Below are positions 51,401 to 64,000 of a DNA stretch of 64,000 nucleotides, one piece after another. Source of the DNA: Macrostomum lignano. Taxonomy: Eukaryota. Every line of letters begins with the position of its first letter. The stretch's first letter is position 1. The stretch covers positions 118,257 through 182,256 of the forward strand of contig NIVC01001845.1 of NCBI GenBank assembly GCA_002269645.1, written 5' to 3'. Position numbers and translations under genes: made by a program. The notes beneath the pieces are model-generated. The model was not told where the DNA came from. It did no database searches and saw only the letters and a program-made list of their open reading frames with translations.

Positions 51401-52569
51401 TCGGCCACCAAACAATCAACTGTTCCGTTCTCGCCTGCGTCCTCATCTCGAACCTTTACTCGGGCGATCAGCTTGTCTGTAGAGTCATTCTCGAGTACTG
51501 TTGCGTCAATTAATTTGATGCTCACGTTCGGATAGTTGTCGTTACAATCTGAGACGCGCACTTCGATGTCCGTTTCTGACTTGAGCCCTCCGAAATCCTT
51601 AACTACCAATGGAACGTAGAGAACCTTGGCTCCCAGGGTTTCGTAATCCAACGAGCGATTCTGCCTTAGCTGATTGCCAGAGATGTAGAATGAGCGACCA
51701 ACCTCCGGGCTGGCTGTGCTGGCAATGCTGAATCTGTGCCGCTTGTCCTCATCTGCATCCGTTGCATCAAGCTGCAGTAGCGGCCCATGCAATTCACTGC
51801 ATTCAGAAACTATCAGCGTTGTGCTGGAGAGCCGAAACTCTGGACGATTGTCATTGGCGTCGAGTACCTGAACCAGGATATCTGAACGGTCTTGTTCCTC
51901 GGGGAACTGTGCGTCGGCTGCTACCAGCGCCATTTTGTAAGAGTCTTTTGTCTCTCGGTCCAGAGATTGATGAAGCTCTAGCCTGGGAACAGTTCGGCCT
52001 CCACGAGGCACAGTTACCAGACGGAAGTATCGCCCGGCCTCGCCACTGAACTCCAGATTGTATGTGATAGTGTCGTGCCCAGTGGAGTCCAAGTCTTCTG
52101 CGGCTGGCAGTGAGTAGTGGCTCGGCGGGTTGTCCGACTCAGCGATGCTGATGCGGAACGGCTTGTCTTTCGGGTGGAAGGTCGGCCGTCGGTCATTCAC
52201 GTCGCGGATGTTGATGTGGACTGAATAGATCTCGTTCTCGTTGTTGTCGCTCCGGTGGACCTCGGCGTTAAATCTGCGCTCGCAAATATTCAGCTTGCTG
52301 CCCGAGCACAGGACTTCTCGGTCCAGACGATCGCGGGTTCGAATCTCTCCGGTACCTCCGTCTAGCTGAAACAAGCGACGGATTTCCTCCGTCGGAAAGC
52401 TGATCCCGAAACGACTGCCATCCGGTAGGCTGAACCGACTTTTCAGGTTTCCGATCACTTGGTTCACTGGAGTCTCCTCGTCCACCTCCAGCGTCACAGT
52501 CTGGGGTGGCTGGCCGGCCGAAACAGCAATGAAAAAAAATAAAACAGAAATTAAAGCCGCTTGATGCAT
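48465..52569 (-). CDS. Protocadherin with 7 cadherin repeats (1088 aa); exons 52569-50449, 50316-49836, 49736-49672, 49064-48465
   Basis: Signal peptide, repeated LDRE/LDYE, DxNDNxP and DxDxGxNG Ca-binding motifs, Cys pair in EC1 (VLCSGSKLNIC), TM segment FFILLCLAAVVFVIFLLLLAVLIYV and cytoplasmic tail ending SSFV; exon phases are consistent. Confidence 0.92.
49134..49500. repeat. 22-bp minisatellite in protocadherin intron 3
   Basis: Unit TGAATTCTGGTGGTTGC(A/G)GGAG. Confidence 0.93.
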
Positions 52570-54439
52570 TGTTTTCTCTTATTATGCTTGCTTCCCTTCC
52601 CGGCTTTGTCGCGGGAATCTTACTGTAGAGTAATCACTCCCTTGCTTCTCTGCAGTCTAGAAACTTGAATCTAAGTTTAAAACGGAAATTTGAAGTGTCA
52701 CGACGGGCAGGTTGGGTAGAGAAATTTCGGGGAGGTTGTGTGTGGCCTCTGGATAGCAGTGGTTGCTAAAGTCAGACTGGGGCCTTGCGATGCTGCCATT
52801 GGCTGCTGGGCCTTGGCTAGCTGATTGTCTACTCTCGGCTTGCTTTGGTTTTGCAAAATCCCTTGATGGGATTTAATTTTAGGACTAGCCAACCCTACAT
52901 GTTTGCATACATTTCGCGGCAAGCGCATAAAGCTGAGTCAACAGTGCGGCTGCTTGACCCACATGAACTGTCGCACTACAATCGATTTAATTGTGGACAT
53001 GGAAATTGCATCTCAAACATAATTGCTCTAACAGCTTCATTGATATTGCAGAGCAGAGTCTCCCACCATCAATTGAGGATGTGGAAAACTCAGTCTAAAG
53101 CTTAGCACGAAGCTCAAGCGATTTCAAGGCCTCATTTTCACTCCAAATTTGTTCGAGGGGTCGTACGGACGGTGCTTTCTTGCTCCAGTTTGACCCGAAG
53201 TCATGAACTTCCGGGGCATATCTCTTTTCGAATTGTTTTCCTTGTCGGGAACAGTTTGACCACTGGTTGGAGTCGAAAAGCTAGTTACCAAATTCCGGCA
53301 CCTTGGTGCTTTTTCCAAGCCCCGCGTCAGCTCCCGGATCCGCGGGAAGACAACTGCTGCTGCCTGTCCGAGAGGATGCCGCGAGTGCAAATGCTTGTGC
53401 GCTGTGCAGTGTCCTGCATCATCATTCCTCTGGTGGCCGTTAAAATGTCCCTCTTGAACCATATTCCGCCGACACTCTCGACCAATATTTATCATCCGTG
53501 ACCTCAACATCTTCCTATCTGCCTCCAGATTCATTATTTTCCCAATTTTTCTCTCTCCTTAAGACCAAAACGAAGGGTCATCTGGGCCAGCCACCACAAA
53601 GTCTGTCTCTTGGATTTAATATCTGTTATACTTTTATTTGCAGAAATATTGGACCTTGGGAGTCAGACATTCGTTTTCGTGGTTCTCTTGGTTTAATTCT
53701 GTGTGCAAGAGCAAGATTCAAAGAGCAAGATGTAACAGCAAAATATCATCTGTTTGCTTTTTAATTATAAAAGTACTTAAAACGCTGCATCGACCGCACA
53801 CCACAAGTCAAGTGCACTGCTACTCGTGGGAACAAGACACAAAATGGAAGAATGAATAGCTTCAAAAATTCTATTGACGATCACCATGCGAGTTTCCTCA
53901 TCTGCACTTGACAGCTACTGGTTTGAGTGACTGAGTTTGTTCAGCTCTGTGTCCGTGGAACACGTGATTTTGATAACCTCAGCAGGTCCCACCGAGGATT
54001 GAAAGCTTTTTCGGAATCACTCAGTTAGCCGAAATCAGCACTTCAGGCTGAAATCATCTGCTCCGCATGTCGAGGTTTGCCATCCACATTCGCGTCAGAG
54101 AGGCGCTTGAGAACAGCAGCAGCCGTCTCCGATGCATGCTCATGACGATGTGCTCACCGCTATGCGCTTTGGTTTAGGACTCTGGGCTGAGACAATTTTA
54201 TAATTTCCCGTGGGACAGCGCCCCGCCTGCCGCTGATTCTCCGGCTCAAGCACGGCCTTTCCTTCTCCTCCCTCTCTCTCTTTCCATTTTCTATTCATTA
54301 GAGCCTCTCTGAGTCCCGGCTTTCGCTGCTTTCGAAACTATTGGCTCTGATGAACAGAGAGAAACACGGGCGATAGCGAGCGAACCGAATGCTACTGTCT
54401 GTCTCAATGCAAGTCCTCCGCGCCATCTCTATCGACAAA

Positions 54440-54720
54440 GGATTTCTTTACCGCAGAAAGTACTTAAGTATGGGTAAGCACAGGACTGTATTCGCATTGA
54501 TAAGCTTGTATATGAGATCTACATACCGGTATAGTAGCTATGGGTCGTACAAAACGAATTGTGAGCTAAGAATGAAGGGGCGTAGGTGGTCAGGATACTG
54601 CTCCGACGGCCCACAGGAATACACTGTACGAGTAATGAGATTGCCAACGAGAACCTCGCCTGGGACTGCATGTATGGCTGGCTATACATCCCCAAAAAAT
54701 CCTGGTGTGTCTCAGCCCTG
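54440..54720 (-). mobile_element. Possible highly decayed CR1/L2-like RT 3' remnant
   Basis: The minus frame reads LYDP*LLYRYVDLIYKLINAN, resembling RRxxxDLxxxYKIING; weak. Confidence 0.3.
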
Positions 54721-55756
54721 CCCTATATCTTGTCAATCAGGAGAGCAGCAGGGTAGAGATCATTGTGCGAGACGCTGAGGGATGCGTGTTAGTGTGTCTG
54801 ACTCAGCGTGCCAACAAACGCAGCGCGAAATCTGTGAGGGAGAAAATCCCCTCTCGCTGCCCCGCGCCCGACCCGTCGCCTTCCCACTGCCGGCCTCGGC
54901 CCTTCGTAAAGGGACCGGTAATTAATGAACCAAATGGACTCTTCCCTTCTTGCACAGTTCCTTCATTGGAATTTGAGAGAAACAGGAGATGAGAATAGAT
55001 CGAAAGATGTGGTTCGAATGGGAAATCCTCACCGTTTTACGGCTCTAACAGCTCTAATGCAAAAAGCTCATTTTCAATCACTTCTGGCCAAAAAATCAAC
55101 TTTAACAGAAATCCAAGTCTAATTTACCTACTGGGATGAGCTGCGAAGCTTTAATGCGTCTGGCTCTCGCGCCAAAAGGTCCTGAGTTCGATTCCGCACT
55201 CATCCTGCAGAATAGGTAACATACACATGTACTAGCATGCAGCTTAAAAATGTGTGTAAATTTGGTAAATTTTTCTAAAAATACAATTTATTCGTGATTG
55301 TTTATTTGGATAGCTGTCGCCCTGAAAATTCACCAATAACAAAATGGCAAGACCATCTTTTTTCAAGAATTCGGGTACTTTGACTGGCACGAACTGACCC
55401 TCGGCCAGCCGTGAAACCGAGTTGATGTGAGTTTGCTCTGCAGGGTAGGTAAGTCTGGATTGACGTAACTGCTGTGTACAAAGCCTCATAATCATTCATC
55501 AAACCATTCGTTTTACCAACGCAAATTTTGGCAAATTTCTAGGGCTGGGCGAGTACTCGGTGCTCGATTATAATGGAGTTTCGACAAGCATTAGGCCAGT
55601 AATTATAACCAACAATGTCAAGTTTTGATGTCGACAGGATTATTGAGACTTTGAAAGCAATATATTCACGATTTTATTTCTAAAAAAGGCAGGAAATCAA
55701 CTTTCGAAAAGCGATTTTTTCCCTTGAAGTTGAAGATTAAAAAACAAGCTGCATAG

Positions 55757-55989
55757 CTCGGTACTCGGTACTCGGTACTCGGTCACCCCTGGGTTAGACT
55801 GCTCGGTGCTCGGTACTCGGTCACCCCTGGGTTAGACTGCTCGGTGCTCGGTACTCGGTCACCCCTGGGTTAGACTGCTCGGTGCTCGGTACTCGGTCAC
55901 CCCTGGGTTAGACTGCTCGGTACTCGGTCACCCCTGGGTTAGACTGCTCGGTACTCGGTCACCCCTGGGTTAGACTGCTCGGTACTCGG
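55757..55989. repeat. 31/38-bp minisatellite built on (T)ACTCGG
   Basis: Unit CTCGGTACTCGGTCACCCCTGGGTTAGACTG plus optional CTCGGTG; the same motif occurs in GGGCTGGGCGAGTACTCGG at about 55542, possibly a MITE end. Confidence 0.88.
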
Positions 55990-56960
55990 AAGTGACTGAA
56001 CCAACACTCATCCAACCCTGTCTGCTACCGTGGTGCAGCATCAGGGCGAGGATTGAAGCCTCAATTCTGCAATTTTCCAACAATCTGACACTAGAAAATC
56101 TGCCAGCTGGTTTGAAATAAAAGCTATTCAAAACTTTAGATTTACAGCATCTACCTTAAAAGGCTGAAAATTTACCACTCAAAATTTGCTCCAACTGACA
56201 GCTCTTGGACCTGCCAATCAACTGTTGTCCCTCCAAGCCGGCCCCGGAATCACCCTACCCCACCACCCAATTATCCCACTTGTCCACACCGATGCATGCA
56301 TCATCAGCAGCTGCGGTGGGACACTTCGCTGCGCCATCTCATCATCCGCTGGGCATTTTCGGGCCGCGCAGAGTTGGAGAGAAAAGAGAAAGCTGCACTG
56401 GGAATCCCAGCGGCCCACCTGAACGGAAGGATAAGCACCCCAGCCCCCCATGGTGTTTGTGTTCCGCATGTGGCTCTGCTGGCATCTGGCGGGCCCATTT
56501 CTTTCTCCATCGCTGATTCGCCTCCTCTATCCATCTATCTGTCCGCCTGTCTGTCTGGCTGAATGTTTCTGTGCCGGGTGCCGTTTCATTTCCGGCAATC
56601 GTTTGTCCGCCAGCCAGAACCCCCCCCCCACCACCGGCCTCCTGCCAGTCAGGCAGATCTGCGGCTTTTAATTAGCGTTCAATGGCCCGGCCGGGTTGAA
56701 CACGGGCGCCGCGACATGGCGGAAAAGTCGCTTTGCCTGTTCCTGGCCGGGGACCAATCGAGCTCGGATGGAACGGCTAAGTAACCGATGGTCTGCTGTG
56801 ATCTTTGCTTCTGGCCGTCTGAACATTATGGATCCAATTAGCCGTGGCTGCGGCCCGGTTGTTGATGACAATGGACTGGCATCGACCGGATAGCTGGGTC
56901 GGTTGTAGAAACCGTCTGGCGACGTCATTGTCAAAGTCAGAACTGGTGCTTCGTTTCATT

Positions 56961-58020
56961 AGGTCTTAGTGCCTGTGTCTTAGTGTATAATTGTCATAGT
57001 GTCTTAGTGTATTATTGTCTGTGTCTTAGTGTCTTATTGTCTGTGTCTTAGTGTCTTATTGTCATAGTGTCTTAGTGTATTATTGTCTGTGTCTTAGTGT
57101 ATTATTGTCTGTGTCTTAGTGTATTATTGTCTGTGTCTTAGTGTATTATTGTCTGTGTCTTAGTGTATTATTGTCTGTGTCTTAGTGTATTATTGTCTAT
57201 GTCTTAGTGTATTATTGTCTGTGTCTTAGTGTCTTATTGTCTGTGTCTTAGTGTCTTATTGTCTGTGTCTTAGTGTATTATTGTCTGTGTCTTAGTGTCT
57301 TATTGTCTGTGTCTTAGTGTCTTATTGTCTGTGTCTTAGTGTATTATTGTCTGTGTCTTAGTGTTTTATTGTCTGTGTCTTAGTGTCTTATTGTCTGTGT
57401 CTTAGTGTATTATTGTCTGTGTCTTAGTGTCTTATTGTCTGTGTCTTAGTGTATTATTGTCTGTGTCTTAGTGTATTATTGTCATAGTGTCTTAGTGTCT
57501 TATTGTCTGTGTCTTAGTGTCTTATTGTCTGTGTCTTAGTGTCTTATTGTCTGTGTCTTTGTGTCTTATTGTCTGTGTCTTTGTGTCTTATTGTCTGTGT
57601 CTTTGTGTCTTATTGTCTGTGTCTTAGTGTATTATTGTCATAGTGTCTTAGTGTCTTATTGTCTGTGTCTTAGTGTCTTATTGTCTGTGTCTTAGTGTCT
57701 TATTGTCTGTGTCTTTGTGTCTTATTGTCTGTGTCTTAGTGTCTTATTGTCTGTGTCTTAGTGTATTATTGTCATAGTGTCTTAGTGTCTTATTGTCATA
57801 GTGTCTTAGTGTTTTATTGTCTGTGTCTTAGTGTCTTATTGTCTTAGTGTCTTAGTGTCTTGTTGTCTTAGTGTCTTGTTGTCTTAGTGTCTTGTTGTCT
57901 TATTGTCTTATTGTCTTATTGTCTGTGTCTTAGTGTCTTATTGTCTTAGTGCCTGTGTCTTTGAGTCTTAGTGTCTTATTGTCTTAGTGCCTGTGTCTTT
58001 GAGTCTTAGTGTCTTATGTC
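56961..58020. repeat. About 22-bp satellite array, about 1.06 kb
   Basis: Unit GTGTCTTAGTGT(A/C)TTATTGTCT with CATA variants, decaying toward the right end. Confidence 0.95.
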
Positions 58021-58934
58021 CATGTGACTTGTGTCCGTCTGCCTGTCTATTTTAATGTATGCCTGTCTATTTTAGTGTCTGTCTGTCATTTTTCTGGACA
58101 ATCATATTGCTCTCAGAATATTTCAGAAAAGCACTGAAATAAAGCATGAAAGCCGATTCCCAACAATAAATTTATCCCCCTCAATTTCATATCCATTTAT
58201 AGACCAGAAGTCCAAACGACTATTAAGTGTGATGGAGCACATTGAGACTGAAGCTATTGAGCAGCTTCATCATGGGGAAAATGGTTCCCCAAACAGTTCA
58301 ACCGTCCCAATGCATTTCCAAGGCTCTGTTGCCGAACCCACCCTCCCCCCTCTTCACTCACCGGGCGCTCCTCAAAGCTCCTCAAAAATCCATTTGTCAT
58401 GAAGCCGGGCGGAGGGGCAGCTGCGGGGCTGAGGATGGGCTGGGATGGAAGGGGTTTGAAAGCTCGGGGGATGCTGAGCACAGATAAAAATTGGGGCAGC
58501 AATTATGTGAAACAAGCGGCTTACCCGGGTTCGGGATCTCTAGTTCTACTCAAATTGTCCATTAAACTCTGCCCACCCAGTGCCTGTATAACTGCCGCAA
58601 TTTCCCAAAGCTCTCCGCCGCCACACACCGGAAGCTCTCATTAGTTTTAATTGTTTGCTCAGCCCCAGCATTTCGAATTTCTCAGTGAGCAAATACTGTA
58701 CTCACTCCTGTTTGAGTCTGGACACAATGGCGGCAAAGATGAGGGAATTTTTGATGGACTGGTCGTGAGATGGCAAGCTCGAGTTTATAACTGCTTACTT
58801 CCGTTCGATATGAATTTAACTGTGGGAGCACTCTAGCAGGTTCTATCCAGTATAGAAGCGTCTGACCTGCAATTGGGATCTTTTTAATCGTAAGCCTAAC
58901 GGTTTTACAACATCAGTCATTTAGCGGGGGTCGC

Positions 58935-59560
58935 CTAAAGACCTGGAGTTGAAGTTGACCCGTTTTTTAGTACAGCTTCATCACAAGAGACCTTCATAGG
59001 TAATACATTCGAACCTTTTAAAATTTGAAACCAGTCTAGGATCAGTTTCCGGTCTCTAAGAGGTCCACCGACAGAACCTATTAGAGCCATGGTGTCCTCT
59101 GCAGTTCTTATAGTGACGCGGGCATCTAAAAACACATGGCCTGCTCCCAATGAGGAAAAGCTTGTAATTAATTAAAGTTAGAAGGGTTCTCCCGTAGAAA
59201 GAGCTCATCATAACGGATTGATTAAGTTTTTGAATTGAAAATTCTCTTTGCCTTAAGGTTTCCTAGAAAGCTTCATCATGCAGTTCGCCGTCAACAGAAT
59301 TTGGTTGAGTCAACGTCCAGCCACGTTTGCACAGCTCGGAGACACAGCAAGCAATGAGTTGGGGAGAATCTAATTATGAGCCAAACTGCATGTCAGTCGC
59401 TCGCTCCATCTTTGCCGGAGTTCTTGGCCAGGAGAGCAGATGGGGAATTGAGGTCGATTGGGAAACAAGATGGGGGTCTGTCAATGCCTGACCTACGGGC
59501 AAAGTTGATTCCCACAGACCCCGCACTCGGTCAGACAGAAATTGAATTGCCACCTCCAAT
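58935..59560 (-). mobile_element. Decayed CR1-like LINE 3' remnant
   Basis: ALTDPHL..WPRTPAKMERAT and LRDRKLILDWFQILKG resemble the CR1 motifs LVRPHLEY..WSP..LERVQRRAT and RRLRGDLIxxFKILKG. Confidence 0.45.
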
Positions 59561-60082
59561 CCATTAGCGATTGTTTTGGCAGGATCAATCGAGAGGAATC
59601 TAACTGTAAATACAATATGCTAGACATCCTACTGACTGAATCTACTGAGTAGCATGTAGCGCGTGAGCTCTGAATTATTTTTCAACTATTTTCAAGAAAA
59701 AAGAATGTAATTTAATAAAGTGTTGCTATTTTTGGCAACAGGCTGCGCTCCTCAAGCCGAAATTTTAGGAAGGATTAAGCACGCTATCGCGGACTGTTCC
59801 AAGCTAAAAAGAACACAATGCCCACTTTTGTTAGGTTTAGCTTTCGAGAGCTTTTTTATGAGCACTCGCAGTTACTGTCTCTGTCTCTCTCAATCTCTCT
59901 CTCTTAAGTTCTCTGGTTGCCATGGAAACGATCGTATATTTAAGGCTCAAGTTTCTTTTCCGTGTTCCTTTTTAATCTGTCTGCACCCATGCCTTTCGCA
60001 CTTATTTTGCATGGCTGTGTCTTGGAGCAAATACTAATGTGGACTCAATCTGCATTGGTTTTTGACTGCCTCTTCCGGAAGA

Positions 60083-60800
60083 GACAGGTGGGGTCAGGAA
60101 GGAGTTAGATAGACACAAGTGGGTCAGAAACAAGTCAGATAGACAGGTGGGTCAGGAAGGAGTCAGATAGAGATAAGTGGGGTCAGAAAGGAGTCAGATA
60201 GACACAAGTGGGGTCAGGAAGGAGTCAGATAGACGCAGGTGGGGTTAGGAAAGAGGTCAGATAGACAGATGGGGTCAGGAAGGAGTCAGATAGACACAAG
60301 TGGGTCAGAAACAAGTCAGATAGACAGGTGGGTCAGGAAGGAGTCAGATAGACACAAGTGGGGTCAGAAAGGAGTCAGATAGACACAAGTGGGGTCAGGA
60401 AGGAGTCAGATAGACACAAGTGGGGTCAGAAAGGAGTCAGATAGACACAAGTGGGGTCAGGAAGGAGTCAGATAGACGCAGGTGGGGTTAGGAAAGAGGT
60501 CAGATAGACAGATGGGGTCAGGAAGGAGTCAGATAGACGCAGGTGGGGTTAGGAAAGAGGTCAGATAGACAGATGGGGTCAGGAAGGAGTCAGATAGACA
60601 CAGGTGGGGTTTAGAAGGTGTCAGATAGACAGTTGGGTCAGGAAGAAGTCAGATAGACAGGTGGGGTCAGGAAGAAGTCAGATAGACAGGTGGGGTCAGG
60701 AAGAAGTCAGATAGACAGGTGGGGTCAGGAAGAAGTCAGATAGACAGGTGGGGTCAGGAAGAAGACAGGTGGGGTCAGGAAGAAGATAGGTGGCTCAAGA
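60083..60800. repeat. About 28-32 bp purine-rich minisatellite
   Basis: Unit GTGGGGTCAGGAAGGAGTCAGATAGAC(ACAA) with higher-order variants. Confidence 0.92.
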
Positions 60801-61629
60801 AGGAGTCAGACTGCTTTCCAGATTTCGCAGATTTCCATCTATTTCGCAGATTTCTTACTTCAAATAGCATATCGTGTGGGAAACTACCAGGTATCTAGCG
60901 GGGCAGAAATAATGACAGAATAAATTATGCAGCTTAATTCTGACTAATCCAACCCAGTAATAGTGTCTAGCGTCCCTGAGCAGTTATCTTATTATTTCAC
61001 AACAATATTAATATTTCTTTCATTTATGTCCGGTCATGCACTCTGTAATTCAATTCAGATAGCGGGGTGTTGAGCTACAGCAGAACTTCTTCCTCTCTCT
61101 CTAACTTTTTTATACTGTGTTTAAGTTTAAGTTTAAGCGTGTCGTCGACGTTTGCGCGCTTGCCCTGTCATGCCATTAGCTGGACTCTCCCGCTGTGGTC
61201 AGCAGGGGAGGTTGGGGTGGGGGGTTGCCAAAATCGATCAAATTTTGCCAACTGTTGCATTTGATATCGATCAAGGGGGCTTGAGTAGATGCCCGGGGTG
61301 GGGAACTGGCACTAAAAATAGCAATCAGTGCAGCGTGGAACCACCCACTGAGCTGTGAGCCTCTGCACTCTTTCTGCTTCCTAATTTTTCATAAGTTCGC
61401 CCCAGTCAGAGTTATATCGTATTTCCCAATTCAGAACTGTTTTCCCGTCGCAGCAAAAATAGCTGAGCAACAGCTGCTCACGGGGACAATATTTAGTAGG
61501 AAAATCTGTGCAATAAAGCTCTGAAAAAAACAGAAGAAAGAATTCGGAAACACGAAGCACGTTTGAGAAGAAGAAGTAGCGAAAATCAAAAACTAACTAT
61601 TGGCAGTAACTACCGTTACATTGCTAGAT

Positions 61630-62304
<675 letters not shown>

Positions 62305-62713
62305 AGGTAAAGAAACAGCCAGGTACGAGCTGAATATCCTGGTATAAAGTTTGTCCTCATCAGCCGACGGAGCTGTTTGCACAGGGCTTAAGAAAGCATG
62401 TGCCCATATGCGCGCATAGTGTGCTCTGTGAGAGAAATTCTGCTTTCGATTTGGAAATACGAGCGCACACTTTCGCTTCCGTTCCCAGGAAGGTAGCTGG
62501 GATGGGATTTGCAAGGCCGTGGGGACAAACAGGGATGTTTGGATGGCCGGCACACAGACCAGGGTGTACAAACAGAATGACTGCTCAATGCTAATGAAAT
62601 TGCTGCTGGGACAGTGTTCACGGAAGTGGATTGACGGGATATGGGGTTGAATGAGTTATTTTATATTGTCCAGCCAATATCAATCAGAAAATACATTGGA
62701 ATTTTTAGTATAT

Positions 62714-63078
62714 TGGATTGCTAATCTAGCCTACCCAAATGAAGGAATATAATGGATTGCTAATCTAGCCTACCCAAATGAAGGAATATAATGGATTGCT
62801 AATCTAGCCTACATCAATGAAGGAATAGAATGGATTGCTAATCTAGCCTACATCAATGAAGCAATAGAATGGATTGCTAATCTAGCCTACATCAGTAAAG
62901 GAATAGAATGGATTGCTAATCTAGCCTACATCAATGAAGGAATAGAATGGATTGCTAATCTAGCCTACATCAATGAAGGAATAGAATGGATTGCTAATCT
63001 AGCCAATCACAAATCAATTGGAATAGAATGGATTGCTAATCTAGCCAACACTAATCAATGAATATAATGGGTTGCTAA
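62714..63078. repeat. 39-bp tandem repeat, about 9 copies
   Basis: Unit TGGATTGCTAATCTAGCCTACATCAATGAAGGAATAGAA. Confidence 0.93.
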
Positions 63079-63545
63079 CTATGTTGTTTAGTGGGTGGCG
63101 AGTTTAAGATTTGCACAATGCAATTTTTCCTAGGCGGCCAATTTGAGTTCCCAACTTAATTGGAGCAGCTGTGCGGCGGCACTAACAAACGCTTTTTTAA
63201 ATTCACGCATTCTCGCAGCTGGTGGCTTTTAGTGGGCCAGAAATCAGTATGAAGCCGGGCTGTGTCTTGGCTGAGACCTCCTAGCCATTCCTCCTGGCCA
63301 TTAGCATATTGTAATCAACCGTAAATTATTGTTAATGAAAAATAGGTGGGTCGGAAAGTGTGGGGTTTTGCAACGAAGGTAAGAACTTAATCTGAGGCGT
63401 CAACGGAGCACATTTTTGCTATTTTTTGCTCGAAGTTATGCGAAATGAAATAAAATATGAAAAGCAGTGAAAGACGACTAGTAATACTAAATTCTCTCCC
63501 ACTGCTCACTCTGGGCGGGGTTCTCAATTTGCAAATCCTAAAACT

Positions 63546-63810
63546 GCAGTCGACAAGCTTGTCCGTCGTTTAGTGCAGCCTGCCGACGCGCAGTCGACAA
63601 GCTTGTCCGTCGTTTAGTGCAGCCTGCCGACGCGCAGTCGACAAGCTTGTCCGTCGTTTAGTGCAGCCTGCCGACGCGCAGTCGACAAAGCTTGTCCGTC
63701 GTTTAGTGCAGCCTGCCGACGCGCAGTCGACAAGCTTGTCCGTCGTTTAGTGCAGCCTGCCGACGCGCAGTCGACAAGCTTGTCCGTCGTTTAGTGCAGC
63801 CTGTCGACGC
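63546..63810. repeat. 44-bp tandem repeat, about 6 copies, with palindromic core
   Basis: Unit GCAGTCGACAAGCTTGTCCGTCGTTTAGTGCAGCCTGCCGACGC. Confidence 0.93.
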
Positions 63811-63919
63811 GCTCTCTCCCATTGGGCATTGAAGGGAGCGGAACTGCTGCTAAATTTAGCATCAGCGCGGACTCAGGCTGCTCTGGGAAGGCAGCCGAGC
63901 ACTTTGGGGCGGCTGTTTG

Positions 63920-63952
<33 letters not shown>

Positions 63953-64000
63953 TGGCGGATCTCCTCACCTGGGGGGTAGGGCGGAGAGGTTGGAGAGAGA

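Noticed and set aside
63545-63562. CTGCAGTCGACAAGCTT resembling a PstI-SalI-HindIII polylinker
   Set aside because: The match is short, is part of a tandem unit and has no other vector sequence nearby; contamination is unlikely.
62714-63810. CRISPR-like appearance of the 39-bp and 44-bp arrays (one palindromic)
   Set aside because: Units are head-to-tail with no unique spacers, there are no cas genes, and the context is eukaryotic.

Overview
Eukaryotic (animal) genomic DNA with GT-AG introns. It is not prokaryotic, so most ORF-track entries are exon fragments, antisense shadows or repeat translations. Gene content and repeat style suggest a lophotrochozoan invertebrate, possibly a free-living flatworm such as Macrostomum (inference only). 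Genes assembled by hand from splice sites and reading phase: a 5-finger C2H2 protein (-), three tandem tetraspanins (+), an arginine kinase (+), a cytoplasmic intermediate filament protein with lamin-tail domain (-), an uncharacterised 2-exon ORF (-), a calmodulin-like protein (-) and a 7-repeat protocadherin (-). Between them lie decayed transposons (non-LTR RT, piggyBac, Harbinger, Crypton-like, Tc1, hAT-type MITEs), three copies of a tRNA-derived SINE and many mini- and microsatellites. The most unusual signal is in tetraspanins 2 and 3. Each carries a 113-127 aa acidic insertion in the large extracellular loop, with a conserved furin-type R-x-R-R site followed by a Tyr/Asp-rich motif. The two paralogues also show patchy near-identity suggestive of gene conversion. 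All coordinates and alignments were read by eye; no database searches were run.
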